The notes: generated by a model not told the origin, from the letters alone. DNA of 63,749 nt, filler included, from Reticulomyxa filosa (GCA_000512085.1; 24 parts of 24 records of this genome joined end to end with filler, not necessarily neighbours in it); one strand, 5' to 3'. Positions 39,316-52,229 are shown, numbered from the whole stretch's first letter. Numbers and translations are program-made.

Positions 39316-41233
39316 GTAATATCAATTGCTGCTGTTGTTGCTGCTCGCTCACTGATATATTGCAGTGGAACAACACGTTCATCGTCTCGATCATTGTCAT
39401 CGGTACTTTTTTATTGCAACTGATCATGTGCACTTGGATGTATTTGTCCCACTTGAAGCCCTATTCCTTGTCATACCGGAACCAAATGAGTCTGCTCACC
39501 TTGACCCTTTGCACCGCTATCTTGCTCTATGCTTTGTTGCAATGGATCATTGTGTATCTGGAGATCCAACACAATCACCTGAATTGCTGCGATCACGAAA
39601 TGCGCCTATTTTGTAATCTGTGGCTAAATGTCCCACCTTTCTTCATCATCGTTGCCACCTGTCTCGGCATTTTTCACTGTTTTGAGTACGTTGGCCACAG
39701 ATTTCCAAGAATGGAGTTTAGTCCCATACATATCCATATATACATATATACATATATACATATATTAATATATTATATTATATATAATGCATATATGATT
39801 AATACAAACAAAATGTTTACTTGTAATATATATGTGTATATGGATGGACGATAGTATCTTTGACCGTGTTTTGTGTCGCATTGTCATTGGCCGTTTGTTT
39901 TTTGTGCGATGGATGGTATTGGCGTGCTTATGGTATTACAAGCCAACGCCTTCCATTCGTGATCACGCGACAACGTCGAGTGACACCATTGAAGTCAACA
40001 CCGAAACGACACGCACATCGTCAACCTCAAAGCCCTCCAAATCGAATCGTCGTTGGTGGTGTTACTCCACCTTGCTCACCATCGTTGGGCTCGTATTGTT
40101 GTTATACAAAGTTTCCTACTTTTTTTTTTTTGATACGTACTCGTGTTGCAATTCTCTCTCTGTCTCTTTCTCAATGTCTAAACACAACAAATGAATGTAC
40201 TGTCGGCGTTTTGAAAATAATCACCAAAGGCGGCAGTGATGCTTTACCTGGTGGAAACGGGCTTGAAAGGGTGGAACACTCGCAACACATCCATCGTGGT
40301 GTCGCTGTTCGAAACGGCGCACATTTTGCTGTATGCTTTGGCGTTATATGTTCTGTGGTCGTTCAATCAAACACACACAACCAAAGACCTGGGCTTGTTT
40401 GGAAGTGTCCAATTCCGTCCAAATGATTATCCTGCCAGTCCCGCCAGTCCCGCCAGTCCTTTCTCTCGCTCTGCCGCAGACGCAATGACCTCACAGGCCG
40501 GAGGTTTGTCTTTTCTCTGTTTAATTTGGATATGAAGGGAGGAAGGATATAGGGAGAAGGGGAAATAGTCACATAACAATAACTAAACAATACATAACGA
40601 TAAAAAAATAGGGTCAATCACTAGACGAAATATAGTAACTCCAATCTTGGTGGCTAAAGATGAACCAATAAACAATGCCAAGAAGTGGTGGTACCAAGTC
40701 CCATTCCGAGACGACCCAGACAACCCCGATCATGTCGTCACCAGAACATACAAAAGGCCTTCCGAAACATCTGCTTCCGGACGTATCACCGAGTCGCCTC
40801 ATCAACAAGTAAAATCCCTCCATACGCATACTGATCGTGGTGACGATGAGGATGACGATGATGATGAAGATGATGACGATGACGATGACGATGATGATGA
40901 TGATGACGACGACGATGATGATGATGATGATGACGATGACGACGATGACGATGATGATGATGATGACGAGGACGACGAAGATGACGACAATGATGAAGAA
41001 GAGCAAGGACAAGACAATAACAATAGAGTTGTTGGTGACGACGATAACAGGAACGAAGAGGAAGAGTATGAAAACAAGCAACCCCAGCCATTGTCTTGTA
41101 TAGTAGAAGAAGAAAAAATGCAGGTTCAACAAGAGATCACCAGCGCAGAAAACTCTAGAGTCGTGATGAAAACAGACGAAGACGAAGAAGAAGAACAAGA
41201 AGACAGAAGCGATGAGGAAGAGGAAGAAGAAGA
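38011..41233 (+). CDS. Putative 7TM receptor with long ectodomain, GPS-like Cys motif and acidic tail, partial, with frameshifts
   Basis: Many N-x-S/T sites, C..NCT..VQCEC just before TM1, about seven hydrophobic segments, poly-Asp C-terminus. Confidence 0.5.
40841..40995 (+). repeat. (GAT/GAC)n coding microsatellite, poly-Asp
   Basis: About 50 acidic codons in a row. Confidence 0.95.
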
Positions 41234-41657
41234 NNNNNNNNNNNNNNNNNNNNNNNNNNNNNNNNNNNNNNNNNNNNTTAATTAATTAANNNNNNNNNNN
41301 NNNNNNNNNNNNNNNNNNNNNNNNNNNNNNNNNGAATAAGTAACATTATATCGCCCTTCTATGAAGATTTTTGCATTGTAGAATTGTTGTTACTGATTAT
41401 TGTGATTCATAAAATGTAACGTTAATCTTCCATTTCAAAATATTTCTTGTGTATGTCTCAGTTCAGTTTTTCCTTTTATCAACAAAAGTTCAAGCATTTT
41501 TTCCATCTTGCATCATCAAAGATTATCTAAAGAAAAAACTAAAAAAATTACAAGAATGAACTTAAACTTATCAATCAAAGTTGAGTCCAGCTTGTCTTTA
41601 AGTTTTTACTCTTTATTTTATTGATCGTTGTAATCTATAATTGAAACAGTCAAAAGA

Positions 41658-42107
41658 AAAAGAAGAGATCCAAATAATTACTCATCATTGGATTCGAACA
41701 TTAAACATTCAATTAGAATGGATCAAAGTTTTGATAAAATTGTTGTCAATTATTTAGTTCATTTATTTGTTTTTTATTTGACTAATCAAAATAATTATTT
41801 ATTAACATAGGCATCTACTTTTTTCATGTTTGACACATTTCGTTCATTATCCAAATTAATCAATACATTCACTGGACATACTAATTTGGTGAATAGTATT
41901 GATTATTCAACATTTGATAATTGTCAGTTCATTTGTTCTGGATCAGATGATAATATAGTTCGTGTATGGGGTGTTGATAACAACAAACAAATTCGATCAT
42001 TCAATGGACATTCGAGTTATGTGAAATTTTCATCATATCATTATCATAATCATCGACATGTCATTTATTCTTCATCATATGACAAAACAATTCGTTTATG
42101 GGGATAA
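41658..42107 (+). pseudogene. WD40-family pseudogene, internally collapsed
   Basis: EEIQIITHHWIR..FDKIVVNY with frameshift and apparently lost splice donor; FTGHTNLVNSIDYS..ICSGSDD..; ends IRLWG* after about two repeats. Confidence 0.75.
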
Positions 42108-42121
42108 TGTTTTTAATACTG

Positions 42122-43195
42122 TAGTAGATTTCACAAAAAACTGACATACCTAAATGAATAGAAGCGATTTTCTTCATGGAAAATAAACATTTAGACCTAA
42201 TTTTTTAAAAAGATATTTGTAAATCTTGTAGTTTTTAAATGTAAAATTTTTTTTAATTTTTGTGTTTGTTCAATTTTTTTGTATCGTTGACATTTTTAAT
42301 TGTTATTTTGAGAAATGCTGGCTCTGCCAAATCAGAAAATATTCCTTTACGAGCTCAGTGTAAAATTGAATGATTATGGTAAAATTAAGTTTATTATGAA
42401 ATTGTAACAAGAATGCTAAAAAGAAAATGGTTTAGCTGCATTAACAAAACATCAATATCGATTCAATATTCGAATTTGTAAATTGTTATAAACATTAAAC
42501 TGTAGACAATTTGAAGAAAGTTATCTTTTTAGATGAAATAAAGATTAGTTTGTGCGGAAGTGATAAAATCAAATATGTTTGGAAAAAGCCAAACCAAGAC
42601 TTGGTAGATAAAGGTATGATTAAAAGATCAAGGCCTGGTAGAGGCAGTATCATGATTTGAGCTGTTTTGGTGCAAAAGGCGTTGTGAATGCATGCGAGAT
42701 AGATAATGGAATAAATTCGAAAATTTATAAAGAGATAACATGTTAAACAGTGTTAATTATTGTGTAGATGATGAAGATGACTGGTGGTTCCAATAAAACA
42801 ATGCAATATGCCATAAAGATAAAAATTAATAAATTAGTTTTAAAAAAATGATAAAATCTTAGCAAAGATAAAAATTAAAAAATCAATTGTAAAAACTAAA
42901 TTTTTAAAAAGTTCAATTTACTTTAATTTTTCAAAAAAATACGAAAGATACAAGACAATTCTTTTTTTAAAAGTATCTACGTGATTTGAAGATTCCTAAA
43001 AAAGAAACAAAAGAATTAAAAGTTTGATTTATGTGCATTTCTGTAAAATTTTGAAAAACTGTGTTTTTGATCAACCTAGAAAAAAGTTAATATAAAACCA
43101 ATTTCATATTTAAAAACTATAAGATTTGTGGTTATTTTTCATGAAGAAAATCGATTCTTTTCATGTAGATGTCATTTAGGTATGGCAATCTACTG
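42122..43195 (+). mobile_element. Decayed Tc1/mariner DNA transposon with long imperfect TIRs
   Basis: Left end tagtagatt..catacctaaatga..gattttcttcatg is the inverse of 43100-43195, which ends ctactg|TA. Transposase relics VIFLDEIKISLCGSD..YVWKK, GRGSIMI*A, WFQ*NNAICH at about 42520-42815. Confidence 0.85.
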
Positions 43196-43934
43196 TATAT
43201 AGAAGTCTTTAGAACATTGAAATAATATTTTCTTGTATTGTTTTCCAAAACAGAGCAAGATCAGCTTAAAAATTATTTTGCTTAAGTGCAGAAAGGAAAC
43301 AGTATATTGCATGAGATTTAACAAAAAAGTTATTGATTGCTCAATATTTTGATAAACAAAACTAATAATTGCACTAATTCCAAAAAAAGGCTTTTTTGTG
43401 GTATTAATCCTTTCACATCATTAATGGAATTGAAGCAGCTACCGATTTTTACATTTTTCAGATTTAAATATATTAAATTTGCTTGGTTAAATACATTTAT
43501 CATCAATGCTTATATCAATTTGTGTAAATAAATCTATATGTTCATTTGCATATCTCTTTTGAATTTTGTTTTTGTATGATCAGTTTCTTTTGGGGTAATC
43601 ACTTTATCCAAAGTAAGTATATGCATACGCAAATCTCTTTCTAAGCCTCCACATATATTATACAAAAATTGACTATAAATTATAAACTGTATTGAAAAAA
43701 AAGTTCTGATTTGTGCAAATTTTCTCCAACTTGTATTTGAACGCATATCGATAAAGTAACATTGGTCTTGTGCAATTTGAATGCCACAGAAGATACTCAA
43801 AAAGGTTTATTTAATAGAATATTTCTTTTTGCAATAAAGAGGACATTATTTTGATTTCATTTTCTTTTTTAAAGTAGTTAAGATAAGGTTTAATCAATAT
43901 TGACCACATGCAAAAAATAAAAGTCGATTCAAAG

Positions 43935-44380
43935 TCATTCTAACTTTAATAACTTCGAGAAGGGAAAAAGTTTTTGATTTCCCCTTGTGCAGACCAAAGC
44001 AAAAATTAAAAGATCATTACAACTTACAAGACAAACTGATTCCATATTTGATAAAAAAAAGGTCAAACATTCTGGACTATTCATTTCTCTATGGTGATAG
44101 ACAAAAAGCAAAAGAGGTAGATGTAGAACTCGTTGTAAATGCAAAGAATGGACAGATTTGATGAAATTGAAAATAAATTGAATTCAAAACTGGTCATCTA
44201 TAATTACTACAAATTATCCAATGTTTAATTATTTGATTGTTTGTCTTGCATGGGAAGAACTGGAGCATATCGAGATAAGGATATCGTTGAAGATGAAAAC
44301 TTTCATTGATCATCTGCAAGGTAATTGCGACAATTTCAATGAAATTGAATAAAATTCAACTTTGCGAATTTTTCAAAATT
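43935..44380 (+). pseudogene. Decayed coding remnant, possibly from a NACHT/NLR-like family
   Basis: Protein-like fragments KLKDHYNLQDKLIP, LDYSFLYG, LAWEEL with stops. No P-loop is retained, so the family assignment is weak recall only. Confidence 0.25.
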
Positions 44381-44674
44381 TGATGAAATTGCTTGAAAAA
44401 ATTTTAATGATATCAGTCTGGTAAAAATAAATATATTAACAAAAAATGCTTAAAAATGAATTTTATCAACAATCTGATAACATAACGTCAATACCATATT
44501 TAAAGATAGCATAACTTATGGAGATTTTACTTACTAACATTCAAATGCTCATTTGTCATTTATATTTATTAAAAATAAAAAGTATTTTCTGTGTAATTTT
44601 TCGTGGAGAATACGAACATGCAAGAAAAAATCCACTAAAAAATTATAAGTCCCCTGAAAAAAAAATTTAAAATG

Positions 44675-44768
44675 TAAAAAAATTAGGATTAAATGTCTGT
44701 TCTTCATGAAAATCAATAATCTTCATAAAGTGGCATTTTAGGTGTCCAGTTTTTTATTCAACCTACTG
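44675..44768 (-). mobile_element. Solo Tc1-like TIR, related subfamily
   Basis: Reverse complement reads TA|cagtaggttgaataaaaaactggacacctaaaatg..ttttcatgaagaacagacatttaatcctaattttt. Confidence 0.7.
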
Positions 44769-45497
44769 TATGTTAATTTCTTAAAAACAAAGCTAACTTG
44801 GTTTTTCTTTTCCCTTCAAATTAATATAATGATCAAAAAAGAAATTGCGTCACTCAAAGTAGCAATAGCAGTAATTTCTGCTTAGTGGCTCTCTTAATGA
44901 TTGCCATGTCGTATGAGTCAGAAAATAAATTTGGAAACAGATGTATATGAGCACTCATAATACTATCTTTCGCAGATATTGTATCCTAGTTGTTTGAAAA
45001 TATTGAACACACAATTAAATTGATTTAATATTTTTCTTTATTTTTGTTTCTATTTGTAGCTCAAAAGAAAAAAGATAAAATAACTGAATAAATAAATTTA
45101 TTATTGTTAATTTATTGATTTTTCTTTCTCTCCGAATTTATTTGTTTTTTATACATTAAAAACACAATGGGATATTTGTCATCAATCTTTTTTATCATCA
45201 AAGAAAACAAAAGTATTAGCATAAATTAATACGATAATGTCTTTAAAAATTATTTTTGTTTGTTCTTTATATTATTCCAAAGTAGATGTACTTGTAATTT
45301 TCAAACTTAACAAGTATAGCTTTGTGTTTATTTTGACAACAATATGACATAATTTGATATATTTGTTTATATTTGAAAAAGTAACTTTTTTAAATAACTT
45401 TTAATTTTCAAAAGCATAAGTTGTATACAGATCCTTAAAAATACTTTTATGTTAATAGATTTTACTATTTGTAAAAACTCATGATTCTGATAATATA

Positions 45498-45533
45498 CAG
45501 TAGGTTGCAAAGAAAACTGAACGCCTAAAACAT
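45498..45533 (+). mobile_element. Tc1-like TIR start, cut by contig end
   Basis: TA|cagtaggttgcaaagaaaactgaacgcctaaaa matches the TIR ending at 44768. Confidence 0.65.
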
Positions 45534-45698
45534 NNNNNNNNNNNNNNNNNNNNNNNNNNNNNNNNNNNNNNNNNNNNTTAATTAATTAANNNNNNNNNNN
45601 NNNNNNNNNNNNNNNNNNNNNNNNNNNNNNNNNTTTTTTTTTTTGTGTCATAACACATTTGCGAAATGCATAACAAACTCACTGAATAAAAAAAAAAG

Positions 45699-47246
45699 GA
45701 TCCCCCAAGTGAGGCCTTGATGTACGTGTGCAACAATCTGTCGTGCTTAGAAAAGAGGGATTTGTGTTGCGCCAAAACTTTGCCTTGTGGGCACTTTTGT
45801 TGTGGTGTGAGAAACGAAACACAATGTATGTCTTGCATTGAGGCTGAGTGCAAGGAGAAACCACTTTTCATCTCTCAGGTTTGATCTCAAAAAAAATATA
45901 TACATATATGATGTAATTTTTTTTTTTTGAGACATTAAAACAATTTAAAACAATAACTTAGACATCAGAAGATTTTTGCAATATTTGTTTTGCGGAGGCG
46001 TTGAGTGCAGCACCCTGCGTTCAATTGGACTGGTAATTGATTTTTTTTGTAAAAAAAAATACTTTTTAAAAAAAAATCTAAAAGTATACGTACACAAACA
46101 ATGTGACATTTTGTAAAATGTTAGCCGCCACGTTTTTCATTACAATTGTGCGAAGAAAAGATTGCAAGACTACACCGAAAACCCACACATATTATTTGGA
46201 TTTGCTCGCTGTCCTTTGTGTGATGTGAAAATATCTCATTCATTGTTGACTGAGCAGCTGATACCGATTCAAAAGTTGCACAAGGAAATCGAAGTTGAGA
46301 AGTAATTTTTTTGTCTTATTATACCATTAACTTTACACATTGAGCGATTTTTTTTTTTTTTTAATTTGTGAATGATCCCGTAGAATCGTGCATATATTCA
46401 ACTGAAAGAAGACGGACTGCTAAAAAGCACAGAATTTGAAGATGATGGAAACAACGAATGGTATCACAATTGCATTGGATTTGCGATGAAGCGTTACGCT
46501 TTTTACTGCTGCTTCGTGTGCAAAAAGCCATACTACGGGGGTCTTGGACGTTGTGCGGATGGATTGCACGAAATGAACCCAAGCGATTTCATTTGTCCTG
46601 CGTGCTCGGGCATTGGTTTAGACTCTTGCTCGGTACATGGCAGAGATTACATGATTTATAAATGCCGATTCTGCTGTTCTGTTGCCAGCTATTTTTGTTG
46701 GGGTACCACTCATTTCTGTCCAGATTGTCACAAGTTAGTTCATATACAATGTTGAAATGGCCCTTTTATCTTGAACTCCTTTTTTTTGTGAACTCCCTTT
46801 TTTAACAAAAGAGTGCATTGTTTGGGGACTACAGACGACAAGAGAACCATGATTACATGACCACCAAAACTAAAGAAAATTTACCTCAATGCGAAGGTCC
46901 GGACAAATGTCCATTGGGACTTGAACATCCTGCTAATGGTGAAGAGTTTTCATTGGGCTGTTCTTTATGTCGTGGCGCCGATTCTTTTGGTAGGGCTCCT
47001 CGTTCAAACTCATTGCCTGTCGTTATTTGCCCCAATGAAGATGCAGACAAAGAAGTCCACAACAATAATAATATGGAGGTTGATGATGAGCTACCTAACC
47101 CAAACTCTGAAGTCCCCCAGATTCCAGTCATTTCCCATCACAACATCAATCCAGAGTTTGAACGTGACAAAATTGAATGTCGAAGCTTCAATGATAGAGA
47201 AGATAGCGATTTCTACAACAAACGAGTTTCACTAAACACAAATTAA
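45699..47246 (+). CDS. MYCBP2/PHR-type E3 ligase C-terminal region (RING-H2 plus tandem cysteine domain), 5' partial, 5 exons
   Basis: CGHFCCGV, CNICFAEALSAAPCVQLDC.HVFH..C, CPLC, YYGGLGRC, YKCRFCCSVASYFCWGTTHFC..CH, CPLGLEHPANGEEFSLGCSLCR. Confidence 0.92.
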
Positions 47247-48377
47247 TTAAATGGTATTTCTCTGACACAAATTGTCACTAAAAGTAATTTTGTATTTCCG
47301 TATCCTGCAACTCAACTTTGAGTTTTCTAGTATATTTATTGCAGATTTTCTTTCTCCTTTCTTTTTTGTTTGTATCTATTGGAACAATTTATTTATTTGT
47401 GAGTCGATATCTCGTATCTAATTTGTTTCGTTTTGTTTTTTTTTCTTTTTGACGAAAGGAGACTTGTTCCCTTTTCTTTTTTAAAGCTATCTAAAGTAAA
47501 TTGTTAAAAATGATAAATGAAAATAGATATTCCACCTTATCTACATTTTTTTTGCAGGAAAACGTCAGCTAAATTCTAAAAATTATAAATAGTTGTCGTT
47601 CCATATTTTTTGTGTATAGGCTTGGCAAATAGTAACATTATTTTAAAAACTGATATTTAGAAAATCTGATAGATTGTGCAAAATATGATATGAAAAGTTG
47701 CCTTTTGAGTAAATTTAGTCAAAAGCAAAACAAAATAAAAAAACGAAAACAAAACAAAGAATGACATAAAAATGGGTTTAAACTTATTTGTTGTCATGAA
47801 TATTTGTTTGATATTTGACTATGTGTTGTGTAAAGAAATTTTATCCTATTTGAAACAACATTTTTCCGTTATGATATATGCTTACTATTTACTCGTCAAT
47901 CAAAGTCACAGCAAATGAATTTAGTTTAATTGAGATATTTGCGTATTATTTAAAGATAAAATGAATAAAATATTTTGTAACAATTAAAAGAAGTGTCATT
48001 CATGTTACATAAATAGGGCATGATGATTTAAATTTTTCTGCAGACGAACAATTATGATTATTTAAAAAAAAAAAAAAATTATATGAATAAAATGCCCTTT
48101 ACTTGGGCAATAATTGGGCGTATTCTCGCATAATAATCACAAGTTTGAAATTTAATTATACCCTCCAACATCATNNNNNNNNNNNNNNNNNNNNNNNNNN
48201 NNNNNNNNNNNNNNNNNNTTAATTAATTAANNNNNNNNNNNNNNNNNNNNNNNNNNNNNNNNNNNNNNNNNNNNTTTGATGGAGCTATTCAATATATACA
48301 TATATACATATATATGTATATAAGTATATATTGAACCCTCCCCCCCCCTTTTTTTTTTTTTTTTTTGTAAATTAACT

Positions 48378-48945
48378 TGGCTGCCATCGATTGGCTTGGC
48401 AACAAATGTGCAATCGTCTTGAATTCTTTTTTCCACTTTTGTTCAAATTCATCGTGTTCTTGCTTTTGCTGGAATTCGTCGAGATCTTTGGCCGGCGTGT
48501 GAGGAACAGCGGCGGAATGTTCCGGGAGAGTTCGCTGGAGTTTTTGGTCGAGCCACGCCTCAAAGCGATACAGCTTGGCCACGCCCTGGGATTTGTAAAA
48601 CGTTTTCAAGCTGTCCAAAAACGTCTGGAACACGCTTTTCCTGTCCGTGCTCTCGTCGACCAGTTCCTGGTGGTATGTCAGTCCGGCTCTGAGTCCAAAC
48701 ATGGACTGCTCGTCAAATTGCAAGGTCTCGCTCACGTTAAAGCTCGACTCCAAGTGTCGAGACAGCCTCTGCTTTTCATGTTTGATCTCGCTTTTCGCTT
48801 TGTCGGTGTCGTCGGCATGTCCGCCGTCGTGTCTGTCGTGTCTGTCGTTTCTGTCGTGTTGCACGTGTTGTATTTCGTCGTCTTTGATCGCTATCAATTC
48901 GGATTCGTCCAGTAGTTTTCCTCGATCCGAAGCCGTCCAATTGCC

Positions 48946-48976
<31 letters not shown>

Positions 48977-50884
48977 AAAATTGTGCATAACATATATATA
49001 CATATGTATATATATGTATATAAAGTTTTGTGTTGGAAAAACATTATACGTATATATGCATATGTGTACATATATTTAAAAAAAAAAAAAAAAAGGGTAA
49101 CTTTGTGAGTAGCGATCAGTTTTGGTTTGCCTCGCCAAAAAAGAGCCAACTTTCCAGTCAAAGCCCTGAAGCTTGTGTTTGAGGTCCTCTCGGATTGTCA
49201 TTTCATCGGTGTCAAACACCATTTCCGTGCTGGCGTGTTCTTCGTCGTGACGCGATGATCTGTGTCTCTTCGACGACGATGAAGAAGAAGAAGATGATGA
49301 TGATGCGTTATTTGAGCGTTGATACTTGTCAATGGCACGCTTGTACCAGTAATCGCAATCAGGAATGGTGGCACGAACAAACTGACAAGAAGGAGCAAAC
49401 GAAGAAGAAGAAGAAGAAGAAGAATGGAGAGCGAGTTGCTTGGCGTCGGAGGATACGCGGACATCGAGCTTGGATGCCAGGACCAAGTCTTTGACATTGA
49501 CGCGGGAATCTCCGGCAAAGGTTTCGTTGAGAAAGGTCTCAAAGCCTTGGCCAGAGGGACCGTGCACTTGGTGTCTCTCGCTTTCGACCAAGTCGATCAA
49601 ATGTGCGTGCTCGTCGAGCAGGTCGGAGTCGTGATAAATGCGGTCCATTCCGTAGTCTTCTTCGCCATCCTCCAACGCAGAGAGTCCATGACGATTGGAG
49701 ATTTGGGGCAAATGACTAGCGGGAGAGGGTGTCGATAATGGTAGTGTTAATGGCAATGATATTGTTGTTGTTGTTGTTGTTGTTGCTGTTGCTGTTGCTG
49801 TTGCTGTTATTGATGATGATTTTTGCAAAAGAGAGAGGGAATGAATATGAGTTCTGAGATTATTATTATTATTATTATTATTTGATAAGATCGGTTCCAA
49901 AGAGTTGGACTGAAAGCCCAAGCCGAGGGCATTTGCATTGCCCCTACCAATAGACTCATTCCAATCCACACTCTCTTCACTCTCCTCACTTTCTTCACTG
50001 TTGTCACGCTCATTGTCCTTTTGGTCGACGTCTTGTGGCTGTGTCATATGTTTCAGAAACGCTTTTGCTCGAGCAATGTCAGCTCGGAGACGTCTATCTT
50101 TATCTTTATCTTTATCTTTATCTTTATCTTTATCATTGTCTCTATCTTTGTCTTTATGCTTGCTATCATGAGGACTACTACGGTACGTCTCTTCCAACAA
50201 ACGCAGTCTTTTCTTTAGACTGGCGTCGCCGATCTTCATCCCCTTTCGCCATCCGCATCTCTTCAGCAACTGCATCCCTTTTCGATTCGTCGACAGCACT
50301 GCCTCCATCTCCTCTGCTTCATTTGTACTCTTCGCTTTGGCCGATGCGCTGGTGCCCGTTGCTGTTGCTGTCGCTGTTGTTTGCAATATCGCTGAATTAA
50401 ACCATGCCATTTCCTCCACTTCCTTTTCATTCCATTCCTTATCCTTTTTCTTCTTATTCTTCTTATTTTCAATCGACATTGACATTGGTGTTGATGTTGA
50501 TGCCACTTTTGCTTTATTTGATCCCATCGTAAACAACTCCCTTGTCTTCAAAAAGTTTGTCGTCGTTGCCATGTCTTCTTCGTCCATGTAATCCAACGGC
50601 GTTTGCTGGATCGACGACGTACTGCCTGCTTTGCCACTTCTCGAACTCACAAAGTGCTTGTACTTTGGTGTATACCCCTCTGCTGTGTCCACTGTGTTGT
50701 AATAACCCGCGCTAAAACCCCCTGTAAACGCCCCGTGGAATCGCGCTCGTCCACGCCGGTCCGTCACTACCGGCGCGTAACCCGTCACCGCGTGCTCCAA
50801 GGAATGCTTATCTTTATTGCCTACTAATAACGTTCCGAGGACATAAATTGTTGGATCATCACCATTGTCTTCTTCTCTTTCTTC
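48378..50884 (-). CDS. GPATCH1: G-patch domain protein 1 (GPATCH1/TOUGH-like), partial
   Basis: RFHGAFTGGFSAGYYNTV..EG..P..FVSSR (DUF1604), DYMDEED, G-patch GMQLLKRCGWRKGMKIG. Confidence 0.88.
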
Positions 50885-50986
50885 NNNNNNNNNNNNNNNN
50901 NNNNNNNNNNNNNNNNNNNNNNNNNNNNTTAATTAATTAANNNNNNNNNNNNNNNNNNNNNNNNNNNNNNNNNNNNNNNNNNNNTT

Positions 50987-51775
50987 TGGGATTTCGAACA
51001 TAATAAACAATTACAAATATTCAATGGACACACTCATTGTGTTTGTGGAATTGAATTTTCATCATTTAATTGTGGTAAATATTTGTGTTCTGGATCATTT
51101 GACAAAATGATTCGTTTATGGGATGTTGAAACATCAAAATCATTACATGTTTTCAATGGACATGAATATGCTGTTTGTTGTGTTGATATTTCACCATTAC
51201 AAAGCAATAATAAAAATGATAATAATAATAATAAAATGAATAATATTGGTGTGATTGGTGGAAATGGATATACAATTTGTTCTGGATCATGGGATAATAC
51301 CATTCGAATATGGGATATTGAAACAGCAAAACAATTGAATGTATTAAAAGGACATGAAGATTGGATTAGTAGTGTAAAATATGGATCAAATGAATTATTG
51401 AATACAATATTATCTGGATCAGATGATCAAAGTGTTCGTTTGTGGGATATTCGATCTAGTAAACAAATTCAAGTGTTCAATGGACATACAAATACTGTAT
51501 GGTCTGTTGAATATTCACCATTTGTAATAAAGAATAGTATTGGTAATTCGAATGTGATATGTTCTGGATCATATGATAATACAATTCGTTTTTGGGATAT
51601 TCGATCAAATAAGAATGAATTGCATATGATCAAAGGATATGATAAAGAAGATGATGGAATATTATGTCTTAAATTTATTGTATTGAAAAAGAAAGAGAAA
51701 ACGATGCATGTTAAATATGATTTGAATATGTGCTATGGCTCACGCAAAGGTCCCATTCGTATTTGGGGTAATTGA
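50987..51775 (+). CDS. WD40-repeat protein of an expanded family, 5' partial
   Basis: Repeated FNGH..V..V / CSGS.D.TIR.WD; ends GPIRIWGN. Confidence 0.93.
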   Translation, partial: WDFEHNKQLQIFNGHTHCVCGIEFSSFNCGKYLCSGSFDKMIRLWDVETSKSLHVFNGHEYAVCCVDISPLQSNNKNDNNNNKMNNIGVIGGNGYTICSGSWDNTIRIWDIETAKQLNVLKGHEDWISSVKYGSNELLNTILSGSDDQSVRLWDIRSSKQIQVFNGHTNTVWSVEYSPFVIKNSIGNSNVICSGSYDNTIRFWDIRSNKNELHMIKGYDKEDDGILCLKFIVLKKKEKTMHVKYDLNMCYGSRKGPIRIWGN

Positions 51776-52229
51776 CTTTTTTGTTGAACAAGAAATGAAA
51801 GTGTTTTTGTTTGAAAAGTTTGATGTTTTTTTTATTGCATTGAACACGATTGTTTTTGTAATAATTCATTTACATAAATTCTTTCTATTTCAAATCGGAA
51901 TATCATTTAGAATGTTAAGATATTGTTGTTATCATGAATTTTTTGAAAGGATACAACAATAGATATAAAAAAGGAAAAGGCGTTTTAAATTTGAAAGGCA
52001 GACAACAAAGTAAGAACAGTTGTTTTGATCAATAAATGCCTTTGAAATGAGTTAGATTAATTCTTATAAAAATGTTGCTCCAACCGATCAAAAAAGAAAT
52101 TATTTGTAGAGTCTATTAAATGATTTTGACTCCAAGTATGTTTGCATTTCTAAAAAGTGCTATGCCGTTCAAATTTAGGATCCTTTTCCCTTTCTTACAC
52201 CTTGCAATTGAATAAAATTTTCATTTGTT

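Noticed and set aside
4890-39960. Programmed frameshifting (shifts near 4898, 9341, 38855 and about 39940)
   Set aside because: Those I could localise are fixed by one base in a short run, there is no shared slippery motif, and the bacterial FDH contig shows the same errors (about 36616, 36765). Most likely homopolymer sequencing errors; raw reads would confirm.
43-41103. Poly-S, poly-L, poly-I, poly-H and poly-M ORFs in the track
   Set aside because: Shadow frames of poly-N or poly-D coding microsatellites.
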